A stretch of DNA of 64,000 nucleotides. Source: Clostridiales bacterium. GTDB taxonomy: Bacteria > Bacillota > DSM-16504 > Desulfitibacterales > JAICDB01. Of this stretch, positions 45,583 to 56,120 are shown piece after piece. The notes below the pieces were generated by a model. The model did no database searches and was not told the DNA's origin. It saw only the letters and a program-made list of their open reading frames with translations. The stretch spans positions 65,393 through 129,392 of the forward strand of contig JAICDB010000009.1 in NCBI GenBank assembly GCA_020063565.1, read 5' to 3'. Positions within the stretch are counted from its first letter, which is position 1. The number at the start of each line of letters is the position of its first letter. A program made the translations under genes and the position numbers.

Positions 45583-47299
45583 GATAAATGATTTAAAAGT
45601 CTGCTATGGTAACTACCGGATATTAAAGGGTATAGATTTAGAAATACGGCAAGGTGAGGTACTGTCCATAGTTGGTGAGTCGGGAACCGGAAAGACTACA
45701 CTTGCCCTTACCCTCCTGGGATTATGCCAGGGCAAGGTTGAGGGAAAAGTTACCTTGGAAGATGAAAATATCCTTACACTTTCGGAAGATGAAAAAAGAA
45801 CGCTGCGCTGGAATAAGATAAGTATTGTTTTTCAGGACGTGGCAAGGGCCCTCAACCCGCTCATGACAGCCGGTGAGCAAATTATGGAGCCAATGCTTGA
45901 GAATAAGCTGTACAGCCTTGAAAAAGCAAAAGCCCGTGTCTTAACTCTCTTAAAGGAAGTGGGGTTATCTCAAGGTTGTGCTGACCTTTACCCTCACCAG
46001 CTGAGCGGAGGGGAAAAACAGCGGGTCTTAATTGCAATGGCTCTGGCAAATAACCCGGAGGTTATAATACTTGATGAACCTACTTCCGCACTGGATGCAA
46101 TTACCAGGGTGGAAATACTCAAATTGCTTAAAAAGATAGCTGCCGGGCGGACTGTGATTGTAGTTACCCATGACCTTTCAGTTGCGGCAAAACTGTCCCA
46201 AAAAATGGCCGTCCTGTATTCCGGTAGGATTGTAGAACTCGGGGAGACAAAAAAATTGCTTCAGAATCCGAAACATCCTTATACCAGAGGGTTACTCCGT
46301 TCTTTTCCCAACATGACTACAACCAAGGATTTGCAGGGTATCCCCGGCAGGCAGGAAAATGTTTTGGAGGGTTGTACCTTTCACCCCAGGTGTACCCAGA
46401 AAATATCCCGTTGTGAACAGGAAGTGCCGGAATTGGAACAACAAGCTGATAGAAAAATTGCCTGTCACAGGGGCGGCATAGTTACACTTTTGGAAACAAG
46501 GGATTTGGTGAAAAAGTATAACCGGGTTAAAGCGCTGGATAAGGTAAGTATAGAGCTGGTTGAAGGTGAAACTCTGGCAGTGGTGGGGCAAAGCGGCTCC
46601 GGAAAGACAACACTTGCCAAATGTTTAATGGGTCTGGAAGATTCGGAGTCAGGTGAAATTTTTTTTAATGGAAGTAAGCTGGTGAATAGAAAGAAGGAAT
46701 TCTACAAACAGGTGCAAATGATCTTTCAAACCCCCCAGGAGTGCATAAGCCACCGCTTGAATGTGCTGGATGCGGTAATTGAACCTTTAAATATTCAGGG
46801 AATTGGTTCCCGGGAAGAAAGAAAAGAGATGGCGAAAAAAGCGCTGCAGGAAGTACAGTTGGCTGTTGACGATAGCTTTTTAAAAAGATATGCACACTAC
46901 TTGAGCGGTGGTGAAATTCAAAGGGTGGCAATAGCCAGGGCTCTGGTAATTAACCCTAAATTGATTATTGCTGATGAGCCCACATCTGCCCTGGATGCCA
47001 GCGTCCAGGCAAAAATAATCAGGCTACTTTTAGACATCCAGGAAAAAAGAGGCTTAACAATGTTGTTTATAACTCATGATATTGCACTGGCCAGAAAAAT
47101 AAGCGACAGGGTGGCGGTAATGCTCTCCGGCCGGATAGTAGAAGAGGGACCCACGTGTGAAGTCTTTTCATCGCCACAGCATCCTTATACCAGAGATTTA
47201 TTAAGGGCGGCACCTGAGTTGTCATCTCATTACTCACAGGAAACAAAAACCCTGCAATACTGCCAGGTGCTAAAATTACAGGAAAGGAGCGGTTACTAG
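45575..47299 (+). CDS. Fused double ATPase (NikD-NikE/DppD-DppF type)
   Basis: Two Walker A motifs (GESGTGKTT, GQSGSGKTT). Two signatures (LSGGEKQR, LSGGEIQR). Confidence 0.85.
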   Translation: MLKINDLKVCYGNYRILKGIDLEIRQGEVLSIVGESGTGKTTLALTLLGLCQGKVEGKVTLEDENILTLSEDEKRTLRWNKISIVFQDVARALNPLMTAGEQIMEPMLENKLYSLEKAKARVLTLLKEVGLSQGCADLYPHQLSGGEKQRVLIAMALANNPEVIILDEPTSALDAITRVEILKLLKKIAAGRTVIVVTHDLSVAAKLSQKMAVLYSGRIVELGETKKLLQNPKHPYTRGLLRSFPNMTTTKDLQGIPGRQENVLEGCTFHPRCTQKISRCEQEVPELEQQADRKIACHRGGIVTLLETRDLVKKYNRVKALDKVSIELVEGETLAVVGQSGSGKTTLAKCLMGLEDSESGEIFFNGSKLVNRKKEFYKQVQMIFQTPQECISHRLNVLDAVIEPLNIQGIGSREERKEMAKKALQEVQLAVDDSFLKRYAHYLSGGEIQRVAIARALVINPKLIIADEPTSALDASVQAKIIRLLLDIQEKRGLTMLFITHDIALARKISDRVAVMLSGRIVEEGPTCEVFSSPQHPYTRDLLRAAPELSSHYSQETKTLQYCQVLKLQERSGY

Positions 47300-47301
47300 A
47301 A

Positions 47302-47748
47302 ATGAAACTCAAACAAATAGGCATCATCCATTCACCATATAAAGAAAAATCAGCTGCACCTCCGCAAGGGCGTATGAAGGAAGATACATTTGAAATTGAA
47401 ATACTTTCTCAATTTGCAGATGGTTTAAAGGATATAGAGACTGCTACGCATTTGATAATACTTTACTGGCTGGACAGGGCGGAGAGAGATAAGCTAATTG
47501 CCAACACGCCATGGGATGACGAACCCCACGGGGTCTTTGCAACACGTTCCCCCGCACGCCCCAACCCCATCGCATTTGATATAGTTGATTTAGTGAAGAG
47601 AGAAGGAAATAAATTATACGTAAAGGGTATGGATGCTTTGGATCAGAGCCCGCTTCTTGATATTAAGCCGTATAATTCCCGAACCGATGCAATACCGGAT
47701 GCCAAACTCGGGTGGTTTGAGAAGGCAGTAACAGAAAGAAATAAATAG
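47302..47748 (+). CDS. TsaA/TrmO-like (UPF0066) SAM-binding beta-barrel protein
   Basis: GVFATRSPARPNPI and LLDIKPY motifs. 2 nt after the ATPase stop, so it is the last gene of the transporter operon. Confidence 0.7.
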   Translation: MKLKQIGIIHSPYKEKSAAPPQGRMKEDTFEIEILSQFADGLKDIETATHLIILYWLDRAERDKLIANTPWDDEPHGVFATRSPARPNPIAFDIVDLVKREGNKLYVKGMDALDQSPLLDIKPYNSRTDAIPDAKLGWFEKAVTERNK

Positions 47749-47824
47749 TTTAAGGGAAGCTTTTTTGAATAATCCCATCTGTTATAATACTTGTAAAAGT
47801 ATGAACGGACGGGATTTTTCATGG

Positions 47825-48565
47825 TTAAACCTCCTCAATTTTCATTTCCTTACTTCCTATTTTCATAGTTAACTTCTTGTCGTTCAGATAACAAATCACT
47901 TCTTGTGTGGCACTTATCCACTCAACTCTACCGCCAAAGGCTTCCACAAATGCTCTAACTGGCAGGAATGTTCTGCCGTCTTTGGTAAAGGGTGCTACGT
48001 CACTATAAATGACTTTTTCCTTTGGTTTAAAAGGTATTTCTAAATACTCACAGATCCCTTTGGCATGGGCTTCTCCGAGTTTTTTCTGATTTTCCGGTAT
48101 GGATAGCCATTTTTCTTCTCTAGGATTCGTTAAAAAACCATTCTCCGATAAAATGGCGGGCATTTTTGTTTCACGTACCATGTGGAAATTTGCTTCTCTT
48201 ACTCCCCCGTCAGGCCAACCGGTTACTTTCACTAACTCCCTTTGTGTTAAGGTAGCTGCTATTTCAGCATTATAACCTTTTTCAATAACATAAGTGGAAA
48301 TATAATCTGCGTTTTCGCTTGAAGAAGCGTTACAGTGAATTGACACTGCTAAATCAACTTCTTCAGCATTAAAAAGATTACTTCTTTCGAATAGTGTCAA
48401 GAATTTATCTGTAGTGCGAGTTATTATTACTTCTACTCCACAACGTTCCAATGCTTCCTTGCAAAAAAGAGCTATTCCCAAATTTACATCCTTTTCTAGA
48501 GCGCCTATTCCTCTAGCACCAGGGTCGTGTCCTCCATGACCGGGATCAATACCAACCTTTGGCAT
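47825..48565 (-). CDS. N-acetylmuramoyl-L-alanine amidase (Amidase_3) with C-terminal copper-amine-oxidase-N-like stalk domain
   Basis: GIDPGHGGHDPGA zinc site. C-terminal RTFLPVRAFVEAFGGRVEW repeat. No signal peptide. Confidence 0.75.
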   Translation of the reverse strand: MPKVGIDPGHGGHDPGARGIGALEKDVNLGIALFCKEALERCGVEVIITRTTDKFLTLFERSNLFNAEEVDLAVSIHCNASSSENADYISTYVIEKGYNAEIAATLTQRELVKVTGWPDGGVREANFHMVRETKMPAILSENGFLTNPREEKWLSIPENQKKLGEAHAKGICEYLEIPFKPKEKVIYSDVAPFTKDGRTFLPVRAFVEAFGGRVEWISATQEVICYLNDKKLTMKIGSKEMKIEEV

Positions 48566-48860
48566 TTTTCTACCTCCTACTTTACTTTAAAACCATTCTT
48601 TAATTTTTTTCCTCTTCTTATATATATTCCTGCCATTCTTCCTTTGTTATTAATGGAGGCTACAACTGACAATACAATTTACTATCTTTAATAGTTTATG
48701 TTTAAAAAGCAACGGCTGCTATGATAAGTTGTGGATATTTATGGATGCCTGTAATAGTGATATAATTGAAGAATAATAGATATTCTTAGTAAATCTGGGA
48801 ACTTTTGAGCGCTTTAGTACGTCTTTCTAGTATAGATGTTTTTGTGAAAGGGGGAGAAAG

Positions 48861-49586
48861 TTGCCGCTTCTAGAGCTAAAGGATGTAACACGCCAGTATA
48901 AAACGGGCCAGGTAAAGGTTGATGCCCTAAAGGGTGTCAGCTTGAGTGTAGAAGAAGGGGATTTTGTGTCCATCATGGGACCTTCCGGTTCAGGGAAATC
49001 AACACTTTTAAATATTATCGGCTGCCTTGACCGCCCTTCAACAGGTACATATATATTGGCCGGCCAGCACGTTGAGAAATTAAGTGACAGCCGTTTAGCA
49101 GATATTCGCAACCAGTTTTTAGGATTTGTTTTTCAAAGCTTTCACCTGCTACCGGACCTGGATGCCCAGGCTAATGTGGAACTGCCTTTAATTTACAGGG
49201 GGATGGGAAGTAAAGAAAGAAGAAAGCGTTCAGCAAAAGCGCTTGAATCCGTAGGCCTTGGAGAAAGGCTTCGCCATAAGCCTTCGCAGCTTTCAGGCGG
49301 TGAACAGCAGCGGGTTGCAATTGCCAGGGCGCTGGTTGGTGAGCCGAAAATTATTTTGGCGGATGAGCCTACAGGTGCCCTTGATTCACGTTCCGGACAT
49401 ACCATAATGAGTATTTTTCAGCGTCTCAACAGGGAAGAGGGGCTAACAATCGTCCAGGTCACCCATGAAGAAAATATCGCCCGGCACGGCTACCGGGTTA
49501 TTCACCTTCTCGATGGAGAACTGGAACGTGAAGAGGTTTTGGAAGAACCGATTGATGCTTTAGGGAAAAATGTTAATGTGTCCTAG
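48861..49586 (+). CDS. ABC exporter ATPase, MacB/LolD/FtsE family
   Basis: TTG start with an [39 protein letters not shown]. Confidence 0.85.
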   Translation: MPLLELKDVTRQYKTGQVKVDALKGVSLSVEEGDFVSIMGPSGSGKSTLLNIIGCLDRPSTGTYILAGQHVEKLSDSRLADIRNQFLGFVFQSFHLLPDLDAQANVELPLIYRGMGSKERRKRSAKALESVGLGERLRHKPSQLSGGEQQRVAIARALVGEPKIILADEPTGALDSRSGHTIMSIFQRLNREEGLTIVQVTHEENIARHGYRVIHLLDGELEREEVLEEPIDALGKNVNVS

Positions 49587-49600
49587 GGGGGTAAAGATAT

Positions 49601-51349
49601 ATGATGCAGCGAGTTCTTATGATTGTACTTATTGTAGTTGTTGTTCTGGGTGGGGGGTATTATGCTTACCAGCAGCTTGTGCCGCCGCCCCAGGAAGAGA
49701 CTCAAGGTCCCGTCTATGCTACAAAACCTGTGGTCCGCGGCGATATCCAGGTGGGAGTTGAGGTGACAGGTACGCTCAATCCTTCCAGGGGAGGCTCCTT
49801 GCGTACTCCCGGCAGCTACGACCACAGAATGAACACTTCCTACAATTTTAACTTTATAATTGATGAGATTCTGGCAGAGGAAGGGGACGAAGTTAAAAAA
49901 GGACAGGTTGTCATGAGACTGATCTCCCCTGAACTGGAAACAAAAATTGAAACCCTGGAGGATCAACTGGAAGCCGATAAGGAAGCGTTGGCCGATAAAA
50001 TGAATGTCAGCGTGGATAGGCTCAATACGGTGAATCCCGCCAGGGGGATTAATCTGACGGCTCCTATTTCGGGCCGGGTCATGGGTTTAAATGTCAAGGA
50101 AGGCCAGGAATTGCAAGCAGGGGATATTATCGCCAGAATTGTGAACGACTCCCGCTTTCGTTTAGTTGCCAAACTGTCCAAAGCTGAATTTCAACATGTT
50201 GAGGTCGGCCAGCGGGTAGCTTTGAGATTTTCCACTTATAACGGTTTTGTAGAAGGCAAGGTGGTGGAAATTAATCCCGATCCCGTTCCGGAGCCGGTCT
50301 CTGCTTTGCGAGGCGATTCATCCGTGGGAAGTTCGGAAGAAGAACAGTACCAGTTTGTGCACTGGGTGACGATAGAAGGCGATAACCCGGGTTTAATTCG
50401 CCCTGGTATGGAAGTCAATGTTGGACTGGTAGACAAGTCTTACACAGGTGAAATCAAACAGACGATGGATTTTGGCAAGATCAGGTGGATAGGCTATCCT
50501 TCCAAAGTTGAAAGTTATGTTGATGAGGAAAAGGTTTTGAGTACTGCGGAAGCGATTGCTACTGAAGTACATGTTAAGGAAATGCAACAGGTCAAAAAGG
50601 GTGAACCCCTGGTTTCACTCTCCGGTGAAGATGCTCGAGAACAGATTGAAGCAGAGCTTGAAGAAATACGAGAAAAGGAAGAGGATTTAAGACAGCTGCG
50701 CTCCCTCTTTGATCAGATGGAAATTGAATCACCCATAGACGGAGTGGTAGCAAATATCAGGGGAGAAGTTGGAGAGTCAGTACCGATGGGCGACTGGCTC
50801 GGTCACATCTATAATACGGGAGATATGCGGATGGGAGTGCGTGTCGATGATGTAGACGTACTTTTAATCAGGCAGGATGCACCTGTTGAAATTACACTTG
50901 ATGCAGTCCCCGGCAAAACCTTTGAAGGAAAAGTGGAGCATGTTTCCACAATGGGAGAGGACCGGGACGGAGTCACCCGTTTCTATGTGGATATCAGTGT
51001 CAAGGGAGGACCTGAATTGAGGCCCGGCATGCAGGCAAAGGGCTATATTAATGCTGGAAGTGCTGAAAACGTCTTACTGGTTCCGCTGGAGGCTATTTTT
51101 GAAGAGGACGGCAAGCCTAAAGTTGAAGTATTGCAGGAGGACGGTTCCGTTAAAGTAGTCCCCGTTAAACTTGGTTTGATGAATGACCGTGTAGCGGAGG
51201 TGAAAAGCGGACTTCAGGAAGGAGACCAGGTGGTTGTCGGCAGTTCGGCCGATATTCTGCCCAGCCAGCGTATCCAGTCTCAAGATTCCCTCCTCCCGGA
51301 TACGCCTGATGATGGCGGTGGAGAAGACAACGGCAGCGGATCTGAGTGA
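49601..51349 (+). CDS. HlyD/MacA-family periplasmic adaptor-like protein (long, acidic Gly-rich tail)
   Basis: N-terminal TM, coiled-coil segments, barrel-sandwich/beta-barrel-like repeats. 582 aa. Confidence 0.7.
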   Translation: MMQRVLMIVLIVVVVLGGGYYAYQQLVPPPQEETQGPVYATKPVVRGDIQVGVEVTGTLNPSRGGSLRTPGSYDHRMNTSYNFNFIIDEILAEEGDEVKKGQVVMRLISPELETKIETLEDQLEADKEALADKMNVSVDRLNTVNPARGINLTAPISGRVMGLNVKEGQELQAGDIIARIVNDSRFRLVAKLSKAEFQHVEVGQRVALRFSTYNGFVEGKVVEINPDPVPEPVSALRGDSSVGSSEEEQYQFVHWVTIEGDNPGLIRPGMEVNVGLVDKSYTGEIKQTMDFGKIRWIGYPSKVESYVDEEKVLSTAEAIATEVHVKEMQQVKKGEPLVSLSGEDAREQIEAELEEIREKEEDLRQLRSLFDQMEIESPIDGVVANIRGEVGESVPMGDWLGHIYNTGDMRMGVRVDDVDVLLIRQDAPVEITLDAVPGKTFEGKVEHVSTMGEDRDGVTRFYVDISVKGGPELRPGMQAKGYINAGSAENVLLVPLEAIFEEDGKPKVEVLQEDGSVKVVPVKLGLMNDRVAEVKSGLQEGDQVVVGSSADILPSQRIQSQDSLLPDTPDDGGGEDNGSGSE

Positions 51350-51414
51350 GTCAAGGGGACGTTTATTTTAACTCATTCTGCAGCAGCTATCCTTTCAAAG
51401 TGAGGTGGTTAATA

Positions 51415-52743
51415 ATGCTTAAATGGATACGTTCCTTGTGGGTCCGCTTTTGGTTCAGCGCTCAGATGGCCTGGCACGGGGTTTTGGCTAACCCCTTGCG
51501 TTCGGCGCTTACCATACTGGGTGTGGCAATTGGCGTCGCTTCGGTGGTCAGTCTGATGTGCATCGGAGAAGGGGCGCGCCAGGCAGTAGTCAGGCAGTTT
51601 AAAAGTCTGGGTTCCAATGTAATTGTAGTGAAGGCAATGGAAGAAAGTGTGGAGTTTGAACCGGGGTTAAGTGAAGATCTGGTGGAGCGTGTAGAAGGGC
51701 TGGAAATGGCGACACCCGTTGTTCACGGCAAAGCCCTCATGCGCTGGCGCCGTTCGAGGGGAAATGCAGAGCTTATAGGCGTTAACAGCCGGTTTCCAGA
51801 AATACGTGACCACGCAGTGATTTCAGGTCATTTCTTTACAAAATGGCATGTGGAGCAGCGCTCGCCCGTTGCAGTGCTAGGCTATGAACTGGCGGCAGGA
51901 CTTTTAGGGGGGCGCAGTCCGGTGGGACGAACATTTACCCTTGACGGCAGCACTTTTCGGATTGTGGGGGTTTTAGAGCCAAAGGGTAAAGGTAATGCCG
52001 AAGGAATAGACTATAAAATACTTATTCCTTATACTACAGCGCAAAAAATAGTTGAGAAGAGGACAGTGGAGGAGATCTGGGGCAAGGCGGGTTCTCCGCG
52101 GGAAGCAGACCTGGCTGTTGTTCAGATGGGAAGAATTTTTCGCCGCAAGCTAGGTATGGATCAAAAGGCGCCTACGCCTGTTGTGCCTGGTAACAATGAG
52201 GGAGAAGCGGGCGGTGCGCCGGCTAAACCGATGCCTGCTATGGAAAAATCGCCTGATATGCCTGCACCTGATAAAAATGAAATACCCGGACTTGGCGGCA
52301 AGGACTTGATTACTATAACTAACCTCAATCAATTAGTAGAGGAAGCGGATAAGGCAAATAGAGTAATGACACTCCTTTTAGGAGGAATTGCAGCCGTTTC
52401 ACTCCTTGTTGGCGGCCTGGGCATTATGAATATTATGCTTGTGGCTGTAAGTGAAAGAACTAAAGAAATAGGAGTGCGCAGGGCCCTCGGGGCCAAGCAG
52501 GGAGATTTGCTTGTGCAGTTTATGCTGGAAGCAATCTATTTGAGCGGAATTGGCGCAATTGCGGGAGTGGCTGCCGGAATCTGGGGAGTGAACTTCTTTG
52601 CCCGCTACGGCTTTGAAACTGCAATCAGCTTCCAGTCTATCCAGGTTTCCACCATGGTGGCATTCGGAGCAGGACTCCTCTTTGGAGTTTACCCGGCCAT
52701 CTCAGCTTCCTCGGTGCCTCCCGTTGAGGCATTACGAAGGTAA
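51415..52743 (+). CDS. MacB/FtsX-family ABC permease
   Basis: MacB_PCD-like extracytoplasmic domain followed by the FtsX 3-TM domain ([28 protein letters not shown]). Pro/Ala-rich insert. ATG 51415 has a GAGGTGG RBS. Confidence 0.8.
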   Translation: [442 protein letters not shown]

Positions 52744-52771
52744 ATACCCGAATTTTTTCGGGTATTTTTTT
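52742..52771 (+). terminator. Rho-independent terminator
   Basis: AAATACCCG-8 nt-CGGGTATTT, then a T-run. Confidence 0.8.
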
Positions 52772-52800
52772 GTTATTTAGGAAAGTATGGTAGAGGATTC

Positions 52801-52809
52801 TGTGGATAA
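52801..52809 (-). promoter_or_regulatory. Isolated perfect DnaA box
   Basis: TGTGGATAA on the plus strand, same orientation as the 29904..30042 cluster. Confidence 0.35.
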
Positions 52810-53004
52810 CTTGGAGAATTGGTAATATTATGAAACGAGATGCTACTACTCAAATAAAAGTTAAAAAAATAAGTTCTTCTTGCTTGCTCTTGCAAAAAAA
52901 TAATTGTATCGAAAAAGGAGTTAGTCTCCTTTGCACTAAAAATTATTGATATGGTAATTTTATAATAGTAAAATAATAATAGTAGTTAAAAGGTGGTGTA
53001 AGGA

Positions 53005-53205
53005 ATGGATAGGGAAACAAAAGAGATGTTTGAGGTTATTTTAAGTAAGCTTAATAGAGTGGAAAGTAGGCAAGATGAAATTTATGAAATAGTGAAGGCT
53101 ATACAACATAGTAATGAGGTACATAAAGCAGAATTGGATCACCTCAAAATAAGGGTATCCCAAGGTGAAGGCAATTTTTCACGAATTAAGGCAGCAATAA
53201 AATAA
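53005..53205 (+). CDS. Hypothetical 66-aa coiled-coil protein
   Basis: AAGGTGG RBS 7-8 nt upstream. Heptad-like, charged sequence. No family recognised. Confidence 0.45.
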   Translation: MDRETKEMFEVILSKLNRVESRQDEIYEIVKAIQHSNEVHKAELDHLKIRVSQGEGNFSRIKAAIK

Positions 53206-53373
53206 GCGGATTGGAACCCTGTTTGTAAAGGCAAGCCGGGGACGGTTCTTGTTCCTATTGACAAATTAAACTGTCATGGTTTAAAAAAACTAAAATAAAA
53301 CCTTATAAAGGAGAAAGTGAACTATGGACAGGAAGGAATTTTACATTCTTTGTTGAAGTTTAAATATATAACC

Positions 53374-53493
53374 GCATACTACGAAAGTATGCAGCTATTT
53401 ATTTGAATGGATGGACATTAAATCTTAATATCGCTAATAATAAAGCCATGAAGGTTGTGAACTATCGTTAGGCTCTACCATCATGGTTTTTTT
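53374..53493 (+). promoter_or_regulatory. Two-hairpin leader B, paralogous to leader A, upstream of the FmdE-like gene
   Basis: GCATACT-ACGAA-AGTATGC (53374..53392). CCATGA(A)GGT...ACC(A)TCATGG (53446..53486), followed by T7. Confidence 0.55.
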
Positions 53494-53534
53494 ATTACCA
53501 CCTGGCTAAGAAAAAATTAAAGGAGCGTGATATC

Positions 53535-54137
53535 ATGTGCAGACAATTAACCCCCTGGGAAGAGGCTGTACAATTTCACGGGCATGCCTGTCCCGGGCTG
53601 GCAATGGGCGTCAGGGCCAGTCAAATCGCTTTGGAAAAACTGGGTGTAGAGAGGGCTGAAGATGAAGAACTGATAGCAATTGCTGAAACTGACGGCTGCG
53701 GTGTAGACGGTGTACAGGTCATAACTGCCTGTACACTGGGTAAAGGAAACCTCTTTTTAAAGGATTACGGAAAGCAGGTCTATACAATTGCCAGCAGGAA
53801 AACAGGTCAAGGCGTAAGGGTGTATTTTAAGCCGTTTGATTTCTCCGCTGCAGAGAAGGATTTGCGCAAAAAGGTTTTTGCAGGAGAAGCCACTCCCGAA
53901 GAACAGAAGGAATTTAAGAAGATGCAGGAAAAATTGATAGATCATATTCTCAATTCCACCGCTGAAGAGATTTGTGATGTGCAGGTGAAAAAAGTGGAAC
54001 TCCCCGGGAAGGCACGCATTTTCCAGTCGGTACGCTGTGAAAAATGCGGTGAATACTTTATGGAACCAAGGGCCAGGTTCCAGGACGGTAAAATTGTCTG
54101 CCTGGAATGCTTTGAGGACTATAACAGGCAAATTTAG
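53535..54137 (+). CDS. FmdE-domain protein with C-terminal zinc ribbon
   Basis: FHGHACPGLAMG and ETDGCGVDG motifs of the FmdE family. C-terminal CEKCGE...CLEC. Confidence 0.75.
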   Translation: MCRQLTPWEEAVQFHGHACPGLAMGVRASQIALEKLGVERAEDEELIAIAETDGCGVDGVQVITACTLGKGNLFLKDYGKQVYTIASRKTGQGVRVYFKPFDFSAAEKDLRKKVFAGEATPEEQKEFKKMQEKLIDHILNSTAEEICDVQVKKVELPGKARIFQSVRCEKCGEYFMEPRARFQDGKIVCLECFEDYNRQI

Positions 54138-54274
54138 AAAAAGTGAGACCGATCTAGGCCGGATCGGTCTTGTAAATTTTTTAAGGTAATGCTAAATTTA
54201 AATGGCAAGAATGTGGTAAAATAAAATTAAATGTGGTAATATAAAAGTTATTATAATTAAAAGAGGTGTACTAT

Positions 54275-54724
54275 ATGAAGCTTGCACTTGGTAGTGATCA
54301 CGGCGGGTTTAATCTAAAGGAAAAGATTAAAGAATATTTAGATGAAAAGGGAATTACATATGAAGATATGGGTACATATAATTCAGAGTCAGCTGATTAT
54401 CCTGACTTTGCTAAAAAGGTCGCGGAAGCTGTGGCAAAGGGTGAATATGAACGGGGAATTTTAATATGTGGAACCGGAATTGGAATAGGGATTGCCGCAA
54501 ACAAGGTTCCCGGAATTAGAGCAGCCCTCTGTCATGATACCTTTAGCGCGAGATATGCCAGGGAGCACAACAACGCCAATATCCTGACAATGGGTGAAAG
54601 GGTAATCGGTCCAGGTCTTGCAATAGAAATAGTGGACACCTGGTTAAAGGCCGAGTTTAGCGGTGGTAGACATGAACGCCGTGTAAATAAGATCACCGAA
54701 ATAGAAAAAGAATACAGTATTTAA
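54275..54724 (+). CDS. rpiB: Ribose-5-phosphate isomerase B
   Basis: GSDHGG, ICGTGIGIGIAANK, RHERRV motifs. ATG 54275 has an AGAGG RBS. Confidence 0.9.
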   Translation: MKLALGSDHGGFNLKEKIKEYLDEKGITYEDMGTYNSESADYPDFAKKVAEAVAKGEYERGILICGTGIGIGIAANKVPGIRAALCHDTFSARYAREHNNANILTMGERVIGPGLAIEIVDTWLKAEFSGGRHERRVNKITEIEKEYSI

Positions 54725-54736
54725 CTTAAAAATAAG

Positions 54737-54841
54737 TGTTCGAAAAGGAGCACGATAGACACGAGAAGTTCAAGGCGGCGCAGACTTTGAGCAGCGGAGC
54801 GTACATAGAAGTACGTGAGCAGCGGAGAAGTCAAGACATCC
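54737..54841 (+). repeat. Copy B of the repeat family (right module internally deleted)
   Basis: TGTTCGAAAAGGAGCACGATAGACACGAGAAGTTCAAGGCGGCG...GCGTACATAGAAGTACGTGAGCAGCGGAGAAGTCAAGACATCC. Confidence 0.85.
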
Positions 54842-54875
54842 TATTTAAAAAATTTTATAGATAGGGGAGATAGTA

Positions 54876-56120
54876 ATGGAGCTGGAACTTATTAAAAATG
54901 TAGACCCGGAAATTGCGGAAGCTGTTCAAAAGGAATTGGACAGGCAGGAAGGTTTTCTGGAAATGATTGCTTCAGAGAACTTTGCCAGCCCGGCAGTAAT
55001 GGCTGCCATGGGAACAGTCCTCACCAACAAGTATGCGGAAGGATATCCCGGCAAAAGATATTACGGTGGCTGCCATTGTGTAGATATCGCTGAGGACCTG
55101 GCAAGGGATAGGGCTAAGGAGATTTTTGGGGCAGAGCATGCCAACGTGCAACCCCATTCGGGAGCCCAGGCCAATACGGCAGTCTATTTTGCATTTTTAA
55201 ACCCGGGAGATAAAGTCCTGGGAATGAGCCTTGCCCATGGGGGACACTTAACTCACGGAAGTCCCGTCAATATTTCCGGAAAGTATTATGAATTCTATGC
55301 TTACGGGGTTGATCCCGAAACAGAAACCATCGACTATGATGAGCTGGCTAAAAAGGCCAGAGAAGTAAAGCCAAAGATGATAGTGGCCGGCGCTAGCGCT
55401 TATCCCAGAATTATTCATTTTGATAAAATCAGGGAAATTGCAGATGAAGTAGGGGCCTTAATGATGGTGGATATGGCGCATATTGCAGGATTAGTGGCTG
55501 CAGGACTGCATCCTAACCCTGTACCTTATGCAGATTTTGTAACAAGTACCACCCACAAAACGCTGCGTGGCCCCAGAGGCGGTTTGATTCTCTGCAAGGA
55601 AAAATATGCCAAGGAAATAGATAAGGCTGTTTTCCCGGGCATCCAGGGCGGTCCCCTCATGCATATCATTGCTTCAAAGGCTGTAGCATTTAAAGAAGCG
55701 ATGAAGCCGGAATTTAAGGAATATCAAGAACAGGTAGTCAAGAATTGTAAGGCATTTGCAGAAGCAATGATTGAAGAAGGCTTCCGTCTTGTTTCGGGCG
55801 GCACCGACAATCATATGGTGCTTGTTGACTTAAGACCCAAGAATGTAACAGGTAAGGAAGCAGAGGAAATCCTGGACTCTGTTCATATTACCGTAAATAA
55901 AAACGCAATTCCCAATGATCCTGAAAAGCCTTTCGTAACAAGCGGTGTGAGGATAGGTACTCCTGCACTTACCACCAGGGGCTTAAAAGAAGAAGAAATG
56001 AAAGTTATAGCACAATGTATCAATAAGGCTCTAACTTCAAAAACTGAAAAAGAGCGAGATGAAGTTAGAGAAACAGTAGCGGAAATCTGTGCTAAATTTC
56101 CACTTTACAAAAATATTTGA
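54876..56120 (+). CDS. glyA: Serine hydroxymethyltransferase
   Basis: 414 aa. PLP site [14 protein letters not shown]. The last two codons and the stop are supplied by repeat copy C. Confidence 0.95.
   Translation: MELELIKNVDPEIAEAVQKELDRQEGFLEMIASENFASPAVMAAMGTVLTNKYAEGYPGKRYYGGCHCVDIAEDLARDRAKEIFGAEHANVQPHSGAQANTAVYFAFLNPGDKVLGMSLAHGGHLTHGSPVNISGKYYEFYAYGVDPETETIDYDELAKKAREVKPKMIVAGASAYPRIIHFDKIREIADEVGALMMVDMAHIAGLVAAGLHPNPVPYADFVTSTTHKTLRGPRGGLILCKEKYAKEIDKAVFPGIQGGPLMHIIASKAVAFKEAMKPEFKEYQEQVVKNCKAFAEAMIEEGFRLVSGGTDNHMVLVDLRPKNVTGKEAEEILDSVHITVNKNAIPNDPEKPFVTSGVRIGTPALTTRGLKEEEMKVIAQCINKALTSKTEKERDEVRETVAEICAKFPLYKNI

Noticed and set aside
52830-52949. 39-codon Cys-containing ORF downstream of the MacB-type exporter (possible exported peptide)
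   Set aside because: RBS spacing is poor (GGAGAA about 12 nt upstream). There is no leader or cleavage motif and no modification enzymes nearby. It lies after the exporter operon terminator.
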